Of a DNA stretch of 64,000 nucleotides, positions 34,895 to 44,087 are shown one piece after another; position 1 is the stretch's first letter, and the number at the start of each line of letters is the position of its first letter. The notes beneath the pieces are model-generated. The model ran no database searches. It saw nothing but the letters and a program-made list of their open reading frames with translations, and had not been told where the DNA came from. This DNA comes from Escherichia phage TrudiRoth. The stretch is from the sequence record MZ501109. The stretch is one strand, 5' to 3'. The position numbers and the translations under genes are program-made.

Positions 34895-34923
34895 TTGCTC
34901 AGATGCCACAAGTATTGTATAAT
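34895..34923 (+). promoter_or_regulatory. sigma70-type early promoter
   Basis: -35 TTGCTC, 17 bp, -10 TATAAT. Confidence 0.6.
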
Positions 34924-34954
34924 ATGTTTATAGATTGAGGCAAAAGGATAATTT

Positions 34955-35653
34955 ATGAGAATCATTTCAAAGTTCAATGATGTATACGATTTGCAGAATA
35001 GTTTATTTGATCCAGATCGTGTCTGGGAGCGTAAAACTGAAGAGCTGCGAGTAAAAGTAACTGACGATGTAGAAAAGAATATCGTTCATAATCGTCAGGT
35101 GTTTCGTGAGGGTTCCTTATCCTTCCGTGGTGACTTCGAATACTCAGTAAATCCACTGTTTATTGCAGGCGAAGTTTACTGGTTACATGAACTGTCCTGC
35201 TGGCATCCAGCATTCAGTTTCAAAACGTTCAACATCGATGCTGTGTTCGATAAAATGGAAGAAATGGGATTACATGCCCGTTCTTACTTACTAGATAAGA
35301 ATCGTGGTGATGTTCGTGAAACCATGCGAGATATGTTGGTTGAAGCAAAACCTAAAGCAGAACGTATCTTATCTGAACTGCGCGTACCAATTGCATATGT
35401 GAAAGGTATTAAGAAGAACGATAACGATGATGTTCGTAACTTCGTAATTCAGACAAACATTCGTTTCCATCAGTCAGGTATTCCGTGGCAGGAAATTGAA
35501 AGTAACTTATACCGTTTACACCAAGTTCTCGAACAGTATATCTTCGGTGTACTAGGAACTGGTGAGCCTGATATGATTACCGTATCAGATAAAGACAGGT
35601 TAGCAGCACATGGATTTGATACAAAAACTTCTTTCAGGAATATGGCAAGGTAA
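34955..35653 (+). CDS. hypothetical protein
   Basis: 232 aa behind promoter 34895-34923. Confidence 0.5.
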   Translation: MRIISKFNDVYDLQNSLFDPDRVWERKTEELRVKVTDDVEKNIVHNRQVFREGSLSFRGDFEYSVNPLFIAGEVYWLHELSCWHPAFSFKTFNIDAVFDKMEEMGLHARSYLLDKNRGDVRETMRDMLVEAKPKAERILSELRVPIAYVKGIKKNDNDDVRNFVIQTNIRFHQSGIPWQEIESNLYRLHQVLEQYIFGVLGTGEPDMITVSDKDRLAAHGFDTKTSFRNMAR

Positions 35654-36059
35654 GTGGTATATCCTGGGAGCTGGTCTTGCGATAGGTATCGGATTCGGTG
35701 CTTATCACTTAGTTAATAAGGTTGAGACTCTAGCAGGTGATCTTGCAGTTGCGACTAAAAAGATCTCCACTCTAGAGACTTCTCTTAATAAAGTGAAAAC
35801 TGAGAGTGAACTTCGTGAGACTCGAATGAACCAGTATTTCACAATGAATAATATTTCGCAAGCAGATCTAGACAAAAAGATTAAGCAGTTAGATAAAGCT
35901 CTTAGTCGTCAAGATGTTATCGCTGCAAAGCCTGGATTGGTAACATTAATTGCTAAAAAGCAGAATAAAGAGTTCGAGGAAAGATTAGCGTGTTTAACTG
36001 GAAACTTGGAGTACTGCTCGCAGCCGCAATCACAATCACAGGCTGTGCAGAAGAAATAA
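35610..36059 (+). CDS. i-spanin-like protein (putative)
   Basis: N-terminal TM segment (WYILGAGLAIGIGFGAY) followed by coiled coil. Confidence 0.45.
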   Translation: MDLIQKLLSGIWQGKWYILGAGLAIGIGFGAYHLVNKVETLAGDLAVATKKISTLETSLNKVKTESELRETRMNQYFTMNNISQADLDKKIKQLDKALSRQDVIAAKPGLVTLIAKKQNKEFEERLACLTGNLEYCSQPQSQSQAVQKK

Positions 36060-36343
36060 AACCGGAGCCATCCCATGAGTTAAAGCAAGCTCATATAGAT
36101 TGGCCTAAAGGACTTCAGCCGTGTAGCTTTGATTTCAAATTCGAAAAGAAATTAGCTACAAATGGTGAAGATGGCGTAGTAGTTGTTGTACCTTACAAAG
36201 ATTGGAATGCAAAAGCAAAATGCGAGGAAGCAGTTTACTCTTACATTTCACGACTGACCGGTATGGTTTGCTTCTATCGTCAAGATTTACAAGAAAAACG
36301 TTGCTTAGTTTATTATCCACCCATTACAAATAGGAAAGATTAA
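35990..36343 (+). CDS. o-spanin-like lipoprotein (putative)
   Basis: Signal peptide with lipobox ITGC; start lies in the +1 frame inside the end of the i-spanin-like ORF. Confidence 0.5.
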   Translation: MFNWKLGVLLAAAITITGCAEEIKPEPSHELKQAHIDWPKGLQPCSFDFKFEKKLATNGEDGVVVVVPYKDWNAKAKCEEAVYSYISRLTGMVCFYRQDLQEKRCLVYYPPITNRKD

Positions 36344-37095
36344 TGTCAGTATTAGTCGGTTTACACGGTGAGGCTGGTGCGGGAAAAGATACCGTTGCAG
36401 AATTAATGATTGACTGGTGTAATGACACGTTCCCAACGTGTTTATCCCGTCGTTACAGTTTTGCTAAACCCGTTTACGAACTTGCATCCGTAATCCTCGG
36501 GGTAACTCCAGAGTTTCTGGGAGAGCGCAGGGGGAAAGAGATTGACCAATGGTTTACAGTCACACAATCTCAATTGGAGCGAGCTAGAGACATATGGTTT
36601 AAGTATGGTATCGATAAGTTTGAGGACTTCTCGTACGTTTGGCCTATTTTTGAAGGAAAATACCTTGATCCTCAGCAGTTAATTGGGCAAGCTGATGATG
36701 CGCTGTATAGCGTGTTTATCTCCCCAAGAAAAATGCTACAGCTTGTAGGTACTGAGTTAGGAAGGCAGCTGGTGCATGAACGCATTTGGCTCATAATTCT
36801 GGAGCAATCCATCGATAAAGACGACCCAGACGTCGCAATCGTTACCGATGTGCGTTTTCCCAATGAGGGAGAGCTAATCATGGAAACCAATACTCTAGAT
36901 ATGGATTCCATACTTATTAAGGTTGAATCTGGTATTACTAATAAGTATCGCATCGAGACAGATCATCCGTCTGAAAGCGGTATTCCTGAAAAATACATTT
37001 CTCATAAATTTGAGAATACCTTCAACGGACTTGATGCACTTCGTACCGATGTGTACCACTTCTGTGACTTAGAGCTAGAACCACTAGTTGGATAA
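36343..37095 (+). CDS. dnk: deoxynucleoside monophosphate kinase
   Basis: P-loop GLHGEAGAGKDT; 250 aa as for T5 Dnk. Confidence 0.7.
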   Translation: MSVLVGLHGEAGAGKDTVAELMIDWCNDTFPTCLSRRYSFAKPVYELASVILGVTPEFLGERRGKEIDQWFTVTQSQLERARDIWFKYGIDKFEDFSYVWPIFEGKYLDPQQLIGQADDALYSVFISPRKMLQLVGTELGRQLVHERIWLIILEQSIDKDDPDVAIVTDVRFPNEGELIMETNTLDMDSILIKVESGITNKYRIETDHPSESGIPEKYISHKFENTFNGLDALRTDVYHFCDLELEPLVG

Positions 37096-37107
37096 TTAAG
37101 GATCACT

Positions 37108-37707
37108 ATGACTAACAAGAAAGAAGAAAAGACTAACCTGTTTCACACTGTTCGCCAATCTAATGAGTATACCTTTTTCTTTGACGAAGAGTTAGGCTCA
37201 CCGGATGAGTATCGTGATCTATCAATGATACTGATGCAGGCTGGTGAAGATGATGAAATTAATCTGATGATTAATGGGCCTGGTGGTTACGTTGATACTG
37301 CTGCACAGCTATCTAACCTAATAGCTAACTGTCGTGGAACGGTTATTGGGCACCTGCTCGGTCCTAGTGCTTCTGCTTACTGCACAATCTTCCTATCTTG
37401 CCACGGTTGGGTTGTACATCCACATGCTACGCTTATGGGACATACGTTCTCTGGCGGATTCTGCGAGAAAGGTCAAGAAATCAAGAAAGCCTATGAATCC
37501 TACAACCAGTTTGTAGAAGATATGATGCTAGATATTTACTTTCCGTTCTTCTCTGTCGACGAAATCGAGGACATGGTAAAAGAGAATAAGAATATCTATC
37601 TCAACAGCAAAGAAATCAATAAGCGTATTGAAATTTTGGCGAATTATCGTAAAGAGCAGTGTAGTAAAGCTCAAGCCCCACATCCAGAAGAACATGGAGA
37701 AGTGTAA
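37108..37707 (+). CDS. ClpP-family serine peptidase-like protein
   Basis: INLMINGPGGYVDTAAQL resembles ClpP IYLYINSPGG; candidate catalytic Ser in GPSASAY and His in HPHATLMGH. Confidence 0.6.
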   Translation: MTNKKEEKTNLFHTVRQSNEYTFFFDEELGSPDEYRDLSMILMQAGEDDEINLMINGPGGYVDTAAQLSNLIANCRGTVIGHLLGPSASAYCTIFLSCHGWVVHPHATLMGHTFSGGFCEKGQEIKKAYESYNQFVEDMMLDIYFPFFSVDEIEDMVKENKNIYLNSKEINKRIEILANYRKEQCSKAQAPHPEEHGEV

Positions 37708-37715
37708 GTAGTTTT

Positions 37716-37750
37716 AAGCCAGAGTTTAACGACTCTGGCTTTTCTTTTGC
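37716..37750 (+). terminator. rho-independent terminator after the ClpP-like gene
   Basis: 10-bp stem AAGCCAGAGU/ACUCUGGCUU followed by UUUCUUUUG. Confidence 0.75.
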
Positions 37751-37863
37751 CTAAAATTCTTCTTGACAACGACAAAAAATTGTGCTCCAGAAGTGATCTT
37801 AAAAAACACATTGTAATTTTACTCTAGAATTAGTATAATGGTAGTGGTTAGAGGAGGTTACAA

Positions 37864-38520
37864 GTGGAAAAGTTTATACAACTATTAACGATACTGCTAC
37901 AAGAAGCGAAAGATCCAGCTTCACTACTAAAACGTCTGCTAACTATCTTAGTTGCTGTCATTATTTTCTTGTTTGTAAGTAACACTAGCGAGGTGATGTC
38001 ATTTTTAAAGACTTTCTCCACGTCTTCGGTTTTACAGGATGTTCAAACCCAAAGGATAGATAACTTTCCTAATGTAGCACGAGAAAAGAGTATGGTTCTT
38101 TTCTCCCAGACTGGTGCGGATGCCGTTTTTGTAGTAAAGTATAAACCAGATGCTATAAATGATTATTCAAACATTATTGCATGGGAAAGCAATGCGCAAT
38201 TGGATAGGGCTGACTTGGCCGATAAAGCAGTAAATAAGACGTCTGAACTTTATAGACGTCACCTGGAAGGCTTTAACTACGCTGCGGATTTAAGTGTAAA
38301 AGTAAATAAATATACGGGGTCAAATATACCAGCGTTTAAGAACATTACTTTTAATTACGTCTACACTTGTCCATATTTCAACCTAAATAATATCTATGCT
38401 GGATACATAGGTATTGCATGGAAGGATAAACCCGTAGATACAGCTGATTCGGAACAATTTAATGAGTACTTAGCAAAGCTCTGTTCCCCACAACGGAGAT
38501 CATTAGGTAGATCTATATGA
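37864..38520 (+). CDS. holin-like membrane protein (putative)
   Basis: 218 aa with one strong TM segment, immediately upstream of and overlapping the endolysin gene; GTG start after GGAGG. Confidence 0.5.
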   Translation: MEKFIQLLTILLQEAKDPASLLKRLLTILVAVIIFLFVSNTSEVMSFLKTFSTSSVLQDVQTQRIDNFPNVAREKSMVLFSQTGADAVFVVKYKPDAINDYSNIIAWESNAQLDRADLADKAVNKTSELYRRHLEGFNYAADLSVKVNKYTGSNIPAFKNITFNYVYTCPYFNLNNIYAGYIGIAWKDKPVDTADSEQFNEYLAKLCSPQRRSLGRSI

Positions 38521-38930
38521 GTTTTAAATTTGGTAAAAATAGCGAAAAACAATTAGCAACTGTTAAGCCCGAGCTACAGAAGGTAGCTCGTAGGGCTTTA
38601 GAATTATCTCCATATGATTTCATAATCGTACAGGGTATTCGTACAGTAGCACAAAGTGCCCAAAACATTGCTAATGGTACTTCATTTTTGAAAGACCCTA
38701 GCAAGAGTAAGCATGTAACTGGAGACGCTATCGATTTTGCACCATATATTAATGGAAAGATTGATTGGAAAGATCTGGAAGCATTTTGGGCTGTTAAGAA
38801 GGCTTTTGAACAAGCCGGTAAGGAACTTGGTGTCAAACTTCGTTTTGGTGCCGACTGGAATAGTTCTGGTGATTATCATGATGAGATCGATCGTGGTACT
38901 TACGACGGTGGTCACGTAGAATTAGTCTGA
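38517..38930 (+). CDS. lys: endolysin, L-alanyl-D-glutamate peptidase (T5-type)
   Basis: 137 aa with zinc-site motifs HVTGDAIDF and DGGHVEL; matches the T5 endolysin as I recall it. Confidence 0.85.
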   Translation: MSFKFGKNSEKQLATVKPELQKVARRALELSPYDFIIVQGIRTVAQSAQNIANGTSFLKDPSKSKHVTGDAIDFAPYINGKIDWKDLEAFWAVKKAFEQAGKELGVKLRFGADWNSSGDYHDEIDRGTYDGGHVELV

Positions 38931-38940
38931 TAATAAATCA

Positions 38941-38964
38941 AGGCGGGGTAATTCCCGCCTTTTA
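38941..38964 (+). terminator. rho-independent terminator after the endolysin gene
   Basis: AGGCGGG-GUAAUU-CCCGCCU then UUU. Confidence 0.7.
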
Positions 38965-39005
38965 AAGCAAAGGGGGCTTTAAAAACTTAATGATAGGAGA
39001 AAGCC

Positions 39006-39422
39006 ATGTTTGCAGAACTATTCACCATGATATTACTAGGAATATGGAAAATAAGCCTAGTAATTTTCATCTTAATGATAATTCTCACTGTTGTCGCACT
39101 AGTTACCCAAAATGATACATTAAAGAAAGTCGTTCATGGGCTAGAGTATATAATTATGGGCACATTCGGCGTTTGCAAATGCAACTGTCAGAGGAATACG
39201 AAATATTGTTGGCTTTGGATGGAGTTAGAGAACTGCATCACAGTAGCCCTGGCTGTCTCATTCGGTATGATTCTTATGGCCCTAACTCTAGCATTGATAC
39301 CACTAATGTTAGCTGGGGGAGTCACGGCTTATTTCACCCTTTTCTCCCCTATACTTATGTATTCAATATATCCAATAACTATGTACTTAGTTAGGAAGAG
39401 ATTCCCACATCAAGCACACTAA
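39006..39422 (+). CDS. polytopic membrane protein
   Basis: 138 aa with about four hydrophobic segments. Confidence 0.5.
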   Translation: MFAELFTMILLGIWKISLVIFILMIILTVVALVTQNDTLKKVVHGLEYIIMGTFGVCKCNCQRNTKYCWLWMELENCITVALAVSFGMILMALTLALIPLMLAGGVTAYFTLFSPILMYSIYPITMYLVRKRFPHQAH

Positions 39423-39435
39423 TATAAAAAAGTAG

Positions 39436-39464
39436 TTGACTTTCCGCTGAAATTTTTATATAAT
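39436..39464 (+). promoter_or_regulatory. sigma70-type early promoter
   Basis: -35 TTGACT, 17 bp, -10 TATAAT. Confidence 0.65.
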
Positions 39465-39497
39465 ATTTGTATAAATTGAATCAGAGGAGTTTCACAA

Positions 39498-39905
39498 ATG
39501 TCAGATCGTTACTATACTCAGATGGCTAACCATTACAATATGGCTCCGTATGAATTGAACATCGCATTACGTGACCTCGATTCACCAGAGCGTGCAAAAC
39601 TTGAGAAAAAGGCGGGAATTCGTATGTCTAGCAAGGGCAAGAAACTTACTCGTATTGACTTAAATACCATGTTAATGGAAGAGCTTGGCGTGAATATTGA
39701 AGGTCAGAAGTTGCCTCTCAATGTTCTTGAAACGATGCTGGATAAAGTCAAAAAGAAAACCTATAAGAAAGTACAAGTACCGGAAGGCAGGCTAAAAGCC
39801 CCTTATCAGGCTGCTGTATCTGAGTGCTTAGGTGCTACCTTAGATCTTAGCACTGCAACTGTTAAAGTGATGCGTGCGTTTTTAGAGGCAGTTAATAAAT
39901 TGTGA
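39498..39905 (+). CDS. hypothetical protein
   Basis: 135 aa behind promoter 39436-39464. Confidence 0.5.
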   Translation: MSDRYYTQMANHYNMAPYELNIALRDLDSPERAKLEKKAGIRMSSKGKKLTRIDLNTMLMEELGVNIEGQKLPLNVLETMLDKVKKKTYKKVQVPEGRLKAPYQAAVSECLGATLDLSTATVKVMRAFLEAVNKL

Positions 39906-40429
39906 TTACCCAAGAAAGATTGAAGGAGCTTCTAGAGTACAATCCAGATACAGGGATATTTATATGGAAGAGCCGAAAGATAGATAGAAGTGGTTTTAAC
40001 AAGCAATTCGCAGGAAAAGTTGCTGGCAATCCTCAAAATAACGGTTATATCAATATTACTGTTGATTCCGAAGTTCATGGGGCACATAGATTAGCTTTTC
40101 TTTACATGGAAGGCTATATGCCTGCAAGGGTAGACCACGAAAACATGGTTAGGTCTGATAACAAATGGCTTAACCTACGAGAAGCTACAGTCTCTCAAAA
40201 TGGTGCTAATGCGTTAAAGTATTCTAACAATAGTTCTGGATATAAGAACGTATACTGGACAAAGAAAACGTGTAAATGGCAAGTACAGGTTATGAAAGAT
40301 GGTAAATCCTACTCGGGAGGATACTTCACAAACCTCAAAGATGCTGTAGAAACTGCCAATGAGTTAAGATTTGAATTATTTGGGGAATTTGCCCTATATG
40401 AACCATTTAAAGGAGATAAACATGAGTAA
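39902..40429 (+). CDS. HNH homing endonuclease with AP2-like domain
   Basis: AHRLAFLYMEGYMP, DHENMVRSDNKWLNLREAT and GYKNVYW; paralog of 6460, 28736 and 42058. Confidence 0.7.
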   Translation: MITQERLKELLEYNPDTGIFIWKSRKIDRSGFNKQFAGKVAGNPQNNGYINITVDSEVHGAHRLAFLYMEGYMPARVDHENMVRSDNKWLNLREATVSQNGANALKYSNNSSGYKNVYWTKKTCKWQVQVMKDGKSYSGGYFTNLKDAVETANELRFELFGEFALYEPFKGDKHE

Positions 40430-40712
40430 ATTAGTATATCTATTAAAGGGATCTACCTGCAATCCGTGCAAAATGTTCGAGCCTGTATTCGATAAAGTAG
40501 TACAGGACTACAGTCTAGAAGTTCATAAAGAGACTGATAACACAGAACTTATGCAGAAATTTGGCGTTCGTCAGGTTCCTGTAGTAGTTCTAGCAGATCG
40601 TCTCCCTAATGGTCGTGTGGAAGCCAACCACATTCTGATTGGTCGTCAGCTTCGTAAAGAAACTATGCACGATGCAATCAAAAACTTCCTGGAAGATAAT
40701 CCAGAAGATTAA
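40422..40712 (+). CDS. thioredoxin-like protein
   Basis: CNPCKMFEPV redox motif; ATG 40422 after AGGAG; track ORF opens at 40371. Confidence 0.6.
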   Translation: MSKLVYLLKGSTCNPCKMFEPVFDKVVQDYSLEVHKETDNTELMQKFGVRQVPVVVLADRLPNGRVEANHILIGRQLRKETMHDAIKNFLEDNPED

Positions 40713-40720
40713 TAAATCCA

Positions 40721-40750
40721 ACCCAGATCTTAGCTGATCTGGGTTTTTTA
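40721..40750 (+). terminator. rho-independent terminator
   Basis: 9-bp stem ACCCAGAUC/GAUCUGGGU then UUUUUUAUU. Confidence 0.75.
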
Positions 40751-40754
40751 TTAC

Positions 40755-40783
40755 TTGCTTTCTGCTAAAAATTTTGATATAAT
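40755..40783 (+). promoter_or_regulatory. sigma70-type early promoter
   Basis: -35 TTGCTT, 17 bp, -10 TATAAT. Confidence 0.65.
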
Positions 40784-40814
40784 ATATTTATAAATTGATG
40801 AGAGGAGTATCACA

Positions 40815-41195
40815 TTGAATTACGCATATCTTATAATACATAACAACGTGGTCTGTGGTACTCGTGCTGTAGAAATGGGAATCACAGAAGAAAAATATAA
40901 GTCACTACCTGAAAAAGAGCAAGAATATTACGTTGAGCAAGCTGCTTGGGAATATGCTGAAGTTTATCCCGAAGAACGTGAAGGTCGTGTTACTATTGTT
41001 GTTGCTCTGGGGCTGGTGGGCTGTGATACCGAAGTTGATACAGATCTAGAAACACTTGAAGAATGGGAAGAGCTGGATATTGCAGAGCAAAATGCTATTA
41101 TCCGTGAATCTTTCTGGGAAGCAGTAGACTGTCACGTTGTCTTTGAGCCAAACGATACAGAAGCTGAAAAACATACTAATTGGATGACTCGATAA
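40815..41195 (+). CDS. hypothetical acidic protein
   Basis: 126 aa, TTG start behind promoter 40755-40783. Confidence 0.4.
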   Translation: MNYAYLIIHNNVVCGTRAVEMGITEEKYKSLPEKEQEYYVEQAAWEYAEVYPEEREGRVTIVVALGLVGCDTEVDTDLETLEEWEELDIAEQNAIIRESFWEAVDCHVVFEPNDTEAEKHTNWMTR

Positions 41196-42058
41196 TGAAA
41201 AAAGAATTTAACCTGCATGAAATGTTAGTAGTACCAGACGATGTTAACCTGTTCTTCGTAGGAGATATTCACGGCTGTAATGATATGCTGGAAGATGCTC
41301 TTAAACTAGCAGGATATAAAGAAAAGCGTGACTATGTTGTCTGTGTTGGCGACTTAATTGACCGTGGCCCGCAGAACTTACAGGTTCTAGCCAAATTCTT
41401 ATATAACCCACGTTTCCGTAGCGTTCGTGGCAACCATGATCAGTTTATGATTGCCGGGGATTATGCCAACTGGATGTATAATGGTGGAATGTGGGCAATG
41501 AATGATCTGGATACCGATACAATTAAAGGTATCGCAGAAGATATGGCAGTTAAAATGCCAGTATTCATGACTGTACTCCATCGTGGCAAGAAATACGGTA
41601 TTGTTCATGGTGGAATACCATTCCAGTATAAAGATGCGGGATTCGATGTACATACACCTAATTGGGACGATATTATTGATCATATCGCTGCAAGTGAAAA
41701 TGATCCTAATGATCATCCTAGTTATTACATTGAGCCATATCTATGGGATCGTGATGTAATTCAGGAAATTGGGTTCATCCTAGCACGTGGAGGAGCTACT
41801 CATGAGTACTTCAATCGTTATGCTAGCTTTAAGAATCAGTTAGTAGTTGAAGTACCTCCAGTTAAAGGTGTGGACTATGTATTCCATGGGCACACAGGTG
41901 TACCATACCCAATCCTGTACCAGAACCGCGTATACCTAGATACTGGCGGTGTGTTCAACGGGAAGTTGACGGTTGCGCAAGTTAATGATGAAGCCGGTAA
42001 GATTATGACATTTACCACAGATAAAAATGATAGCTGTGGTGTACAGAGGATTCTGTAA
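41195..42058 (+). CDS. Ser/Thr protein phosphatase (PPP family)
   Basis: Motifs GDIHG, GDLIDRG and RGNHD; ATG 41195 overlaps the previous stop. Confidence 0.75.
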   Translation: MKKEFNLHEMLVVPDDVNLFFVGDIHGCNDMLEDALKLAGYKEKRDYVVCVGDLIDRGPQNLQVLAKFLYNPRFRSVRGNHDQFMIAGDYANWMYNGGMWAMNDLDTDTIKGIAEDMAVKMPVFMTVLHRGKKYGIVHGGIPFQYKDAGFDVHTPNWDDIIDHIAASENDPNDHPSYYIEPYLWDRDVIQEIGFILARGGATHEYFNRYASFKNQLVVEVPPVKGVDYVFHGHTGVPYPILYQNRVYLDTGGVFNGKLTVAQVNDEAGKIMTFTTDKNDSCGVQRIL

Positions 42059-42570
42059 TGGCCGGTATTTCTCAGGAATACCTGAAGAGTAGACTAACCT
42101 ATAATCCTGAAACATGGGAGTTTCGGTGGAAGCCTAACCCAAATGCTAGTAAAACATGGAATACTAGGTTTGCTGGTAAAGAAGCAGGTACTCTAAATAA
42201 AACTACCGGATATATCAATTTAACAATTGATGGGGTTAAGCATGGTGCACATAGAATGGCTTTCTTATACATGGAGGGCTATTTACCTACTAAAGTGGAT
42301 CACAAAGATACAATAAGAACAAATAATGCTTGGAGTAACCTTAGGGCTGCTGATAATGCTCAGAATACTTGGAATGCTGGTATGAAAAGCTCCAATACTT
42401 CAGGATTTAAAGGTGTTTACTTAGATAAGCGTATAAATAAATATGTAGGTAGAGTTCGCTTTAGAGACAAAAGGTTCTCTACTAAATATTATGAAAATGC
42501 TGAGGATGCAGCTAAAGAGTTGGAAATCCTTAGAGAACAGTTACATAAAGAATTTGCGAGGAATGAATAA
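42058..42570 (+). CDS. HNH homing endonuclease with AP2-like domain
   Basis: AHRMAFLYMEGYLP, DHKDTIRTNNAWSNLR and GFKGVY. Confidence 0.7.
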   Translation: MAGISQEYLKSRLTYNPETWEFRWKPNPNASKTWNTRFAGKEAGTLNKTTGYINLTIDGVKHGAHRMAFLYMEGYLPTKVDHKDTIRTNNAWSNLRAADNAQNTWNAGMKSSNTSGFKGVYLDKRINKYVGRVRFRDKRFSTKYYENAEDAAKELEILREQLHKEFARNE

Positions 42571-43168
42571 TGCGTGTTAAATTCTGGTCGGATTTGCACT
42601 TAGACCACCCTGGAACTCTTCGCTTCCGTCCGTGGTTTAAGAATATGAAAGAACATGATGAATATATCCTAGATACTTTGTCCAAGCACATTGGCAAGCG
42701 TACTAAGCTCGTCTTGCTAGGGGATATTGCCGTGGGGCGTGAAGGGTTGGCTAAATTAAAGTCGGTTATCCACAATGTGCCTAACCAGTTAATCATGGGC
42801 AACCACGATGCTGAACGTCAGGGTCTGCATATTAAAGATCTTGTAGACGTTTATGATGATATTCAGGCTCTAGGTAAGCAAACAGGTGGTGGCAAGAAGT
42901 TTTGGCTGTCACACTGTCACACTGTCCATTGCACGAAGCAGAACTTCGTGGTAAGCTAAACATTCACGGACATGTGCACACCAATTCTGTGCGCGACCCA
43001 CGTTATATCAACATCTCTTTTGAGATGAGTAAGACTCCTATTCCTCTAGAAGATATTGTATCTGGCAAGTTCACAAGCTATGATAGAGTAGTTAACTGCA
43101 CTACTGGTGAAGTACTCCAAATCGATGAAGATGTGGCAGCAGTATTGAGGGGAGATATCAATGTTTGA
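42570..43168 (+). pseudogene. calcineurin-like metallophosphoesterase interrupted by an 8-bp tandem duplication
   Basis: Frame 1 (42570..42959) carries DLHLD, GDIAVG and GNHD; frame 2 (42902..43168) carries HGHVH; removing one GTCACACT copy at 42908-42923 fuses them into ...FWLSHCPLHEAELRGKLNIHGHVHT... Confidence 0.6.
42908..42923 (+). repeat. 8-bp tandem duplication GTCACACT x2 inside the metallophosphoesterase reading frame
   Basis: GTCACACTGTCACACTGTCC read directly; accounts for the +2 frame change. Confidence 0.85.
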
Positions 43169-43270
43169 TTTTGATGGTATGGCTCGTGAGATATTTATAG
43201 CAATAGGGGTAGTAGTTCTTATCTCTTTCTTTACGGGCCTAGGCTTAGGCCTTTTATTTTAAAACTTCAT

Positions 43271-43299
43271 TTGCTAAAATGCTTAGTTTTCTGTATAAT
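43271..43299 (+). promoter_or_regulatory. sigma70-type early promoter
   Basis: -35 TTGCTA, 17 bp, -10 TATAAT. Confidence 0.65.
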
Positions 43300-43329
43300 T
43301 ACTTTATAAATTGATGAGAAGGAATCAAA

Positions 43330-43761
43330 ATGCAAAAGATTGATAAAGCACTTTTAATCGCAACAGCAGATAAGTTTGAGCAAGTTAAAGCTACTTTTAA
43401 GGCAGTCTTTCAGTCCTATGTTCAAGACAAATCGAACCCGATTTCTGAGCGTTTGATGATGTGGGAATGTTTTGCTTGCAATGCTCTGCTAATTTCCGAT
43501 TATAAGGGAGAAGTATCTGAGGAATTGCATGAGATCTTTATTAATGAGGATACTCCACGCTATCAGTTAGTGAACTTCCAAGATCTAGCTGAGCAAGTTA
43601 TTCCTGATGATCTTTGGGACAAGTATTACGGTGATCCTGAAGAAGATGGTATGGAACCTGAGAAGTGCATTGAACTGATCTGTAAAGATCATCCTGAAAT
43701 TGCTGAGAAATTTGAGTTGGTATTTGCTTCGGAGTTCTCAGGTTTCGTTAACGATTGGTAA
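43330..43761 (+). CDS. hypothetical acidic protein
   Basis: 143 aa behind promoter 43271-43299. Confidence 0.5.
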   Translation: MQKIDKALLIATADKFEQVKATFKAVFQSYVQDKSNPISERLMMWECFACNALLISDYKGEVSEELHEIFINEDTPRYQLVNFQDLAEQVIPDDLWDKYYGDPEEDGMEPEKCIELICKDHPEIAEKFELVFASEFSGFVNDW

Positions 43762-43774
43762 ATAAATAATTTAC

Positions 43775-43803
43775 TTGCTAAATGTCCAGAAATCTTATAT
43801 AAT
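43775..43803 (+). promoter_or_regulatory. sigma70-type early promoter
   Basis: -35 TTGCTA, 17 bp, -10 TATAAT. Confidence 0.65.
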
Positions 43804-43835
43804 ATATTTATAAATTAATGAGAGAGGAAGTTCAA

Positions 43836-44087
43836 ATGGAAAACATGACTAAAACTGAAATGGCAAACGTATTGGCTATCCTGCTGGACATGCAAGGGTT
43901 TGAAGGTCAGCTCATGAAGATGTCTATTCCGGCAATGAAAAAGATGTACGATTCTCTGAACAAGAATGCTATGGCATTCAACCTCGCAAAACAGGAAGCA
44001 CGTTTTGCGAAAGAGCATCAAGCAACTGCCGAACGTCGTGCAGCATCTTTTGAGCGTGAAGTTAAGCAACTAAAAGGTAAGAAATAA
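43836..44087 (+). CDS. hypothetical protein
   Basis: ATG 43836 behind promoter 43775-43803. Confidence 0.45.
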   Translation: MENMTKTEMANVLAILLDMQGFEGQLMKMSIPAMKKMYDSLNKNAMAFNLAKQEARFAKEHQATAERRAASFEREVKQLKGKK

